A DNA stretch of 46,654 nt from an uncultured Muribaculaceae bacterium (GTDB lineage: Bacteria > Bacillota_I > Bacilli_A > RF39 > UBA660). The translations under genes and the position numbers were made by a program. Of the stretch, positions 45,595-46,654 are shown one piece after another. Below the pieces are notes generated by a model that ran no database searches, had not been told where the DNA came from, and was given only the letters and a program-made list of their open reading frames with translations. The DNA is taken from NCBI GenBank assembly GCA_964435635.1, contig CAYSZU010000002.1:10262-56915 (forward strand), read 5' to 3'. Numbering within the stretch: position 1 is the first letter of the stretch; each line of letters opens with the position of its first letter.

Positions 45595-46046
45595 TTATTT
45601 AGCTTCTTTGAAAGATAAAGAATTTATTCTAAAGCTTATATATCTGCCAGATAAATCAGTTGATAATTCTTTAAATGTCATCTTACTATTTGATCCCGTT
45701 ATAAATATGCTATATTGGTTAGTCATTCTAAGGGAATTTATCGCTTTCTCAAAGCTTTCAACTTTTTGAACTTCATCTAAAAATATATAATATTTTTTTT
45801 ATCTAACGTGAGTTTTTTTACATAAAAATCCAAATCCTTAGCATTATTAATAAATTCAAATTCTAAAGATTCAAAGTTTAAATATATAATATGCTTGTCA
45901 TCAATACCCTTTTCTTTTAACTCATCAATTATTTGAGTCAAGATAACTGATTTTCCACTTCTCCTTAATCCATATAATATTTTAATCAAACTATATTCAT
46001 CATAAAAGTTTCTAATTTGTCTCAAATAAATTTCCCTCTTTAACAT
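45595..46046 (-). pseudogene. AAA_14-type ATPase gene, frameshifted and 3'-truncated
   Basis: The N-terminal part has a Walker A (LYGLRRSGKSVIL). The frame breaks in a T5 run (A5 at 45779-45783). The -1 frame continues LDEVQKVESFEKAINSLRMTNQYSIFITGSNSKM...LSGRYISFRINSLSFKEAK (Walker B and arginine region). The C-terminal DUF4143-type domain is missing. Confidence 0.7.
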
Positions 46047-46096
46047 AGTTTATCACCTCTAACACGATTATAGCAAACCATATATATATATTGTAA

Positions 46097-46122
46097 AGTT
46101 ATTTCGACGTGTCGAAATAACT
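46097..46122. promoter_or_regulatory. Near-perfect 26-bp palindrome abutting the promoter of the ATPase pseudogene (possible operator)
   Basis: AGTTATTTCGAC-GT-GTCGAAATAACT. On the minus strand it is followed by TTACAA, 18 nt, then TGCTATAAT. Confidence 0.35.
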
Positions 46123-46339
46123 ATTGTTTTTAGGCATTTGTTTCGATTGAGAGTTTAATCAAAAAATATGCTTCTAGAGTCAAACAGGAATCCTTTGTTT
46201 ATAGACAAAATAAAAAACCCTGTACTATAAAAAGTTTACGTACTTCTGAGCGGGAAACAAAGCGAATTACAAAATTTTTATTTGTTATATTTTATTGATT
46301 GAATTTGGATTTATTTCCATTGTTTTTATCCATAAATAG

Positions 46340-46382
46340 CCAAGAAGACATGATTCGAACCTGCGACCCCCTGGTCCCAAAA
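46340..46382 (-). pseudogene. tRNA-Pro(UGG) 3' half (anticodon loop to acceptor end) without a 5' half
   Basis: The minus strand reads TTTTGGGA-CC-AGGGGGTC-GCAGG-TTCGAAT-CATGT-CTTCTTG-G. That gives an anticodon loop with TGG, a variable loop, a T-arm with one mismatch and the acceptor 3' strand. The upstream sequence has no D-arm or acceptor 5' strand. Confidence 0.6.
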
Positions 46383-46497
46383 CATAATAAATGCGTGTCT
46401 TAATACTGTATATTTTATCTTAAAGTGTTATGAAATGGGAGCCTAATCTTCTTAATTTATTTTAATGCTTTTTATCATATCTTGATTTATCTTATTT

Positions 46498-46519
46498 TTT
46501 TCCGTTATTTTTCCGTTAT
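46498..46519 (+). repeat. Perfect tandem direct repeat, 2 x 11 nt
   Basis: TTTTCCGTTAT TTTTCCGTTAT. The second copy overlaps a TATAAT box (46517-46522). Confidence 0.7.
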
Positions 46520-46654
46520 AATATGATTCTTCTTTTAATATCTAAATACCATAGTTTATTATTAATTAATTATTCGCTTTTAATATTTTAAGTCTGACTT
46601 TAATATCACCTTACTGTTAAACTCTATTTTTGAATCTGGGTACTTTTTATTTAT

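Overview
This is an AT-rich chromosomal segment (roughly 30% G+C by eye) from a low-GC Gram-positive or Mollicutes-related anaerobe. It uses the standard genetic code: TAA, TAG and TGA all end well-supported genes. There are about 50 genes, almost all on the minus strand, packed in co-directional strings separated by A-run/stem/T-run terminators.

Recognisable core content:
- RNase J, an SsbB-type SSB, SufB and ribosomal protein S4 (plus strand)
- an M16 peptidase pair, a dGTPase-like HD hydrolase and an ABC ATPase/permease pair
- a NifS-type cysteine desulfurase, a ferredoxin/thioredoxin-like fusion and a CDF cation exporter
- desulfoferrodoxin (superoxide reductase), UppP and flavodoxin
- an HAD hydrolase, an S51 peptidase, three GNATs, a PHP phosphoesterase and YbjQ

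I found no transposase, integrase, CRISPR array, rRNA, intact tRNA or named defence system.

What stands out:
1. Perfect 22-bp inverted repeats (25197-25218 and 25777-25798) bracket a 558-bp segment that carries two divergent promoters, just upstream of the superoxide reductase gene. Both copies are in frame and encode the same peptide, QGYSMEF. This is a candidate, partly intragenic, invertible switch.
2. Three to four paralogous cytoplasmic proteins with a transglutaminase/papain-like Cys-His-Asp core are scattered across 37 kb.
3. A tight minus-strand operon (9629 to 4229) encodes a Zn-ribbon membrane anchor, an HEXXH zincin, a trypsin-like domain that seems to lack its catalytic His and Ser, a membrane-anchored protein and one of the paralogs.
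4. Many genes are disrupted: three frameshifts, two premature TAG codons and two gene fragments.
5. The right end carries a tRNA-Pro(UGG) 3' half without a 5' half (att-like) next to decayed genes.

All family calls come from motif recognition by eye. No database search was run.
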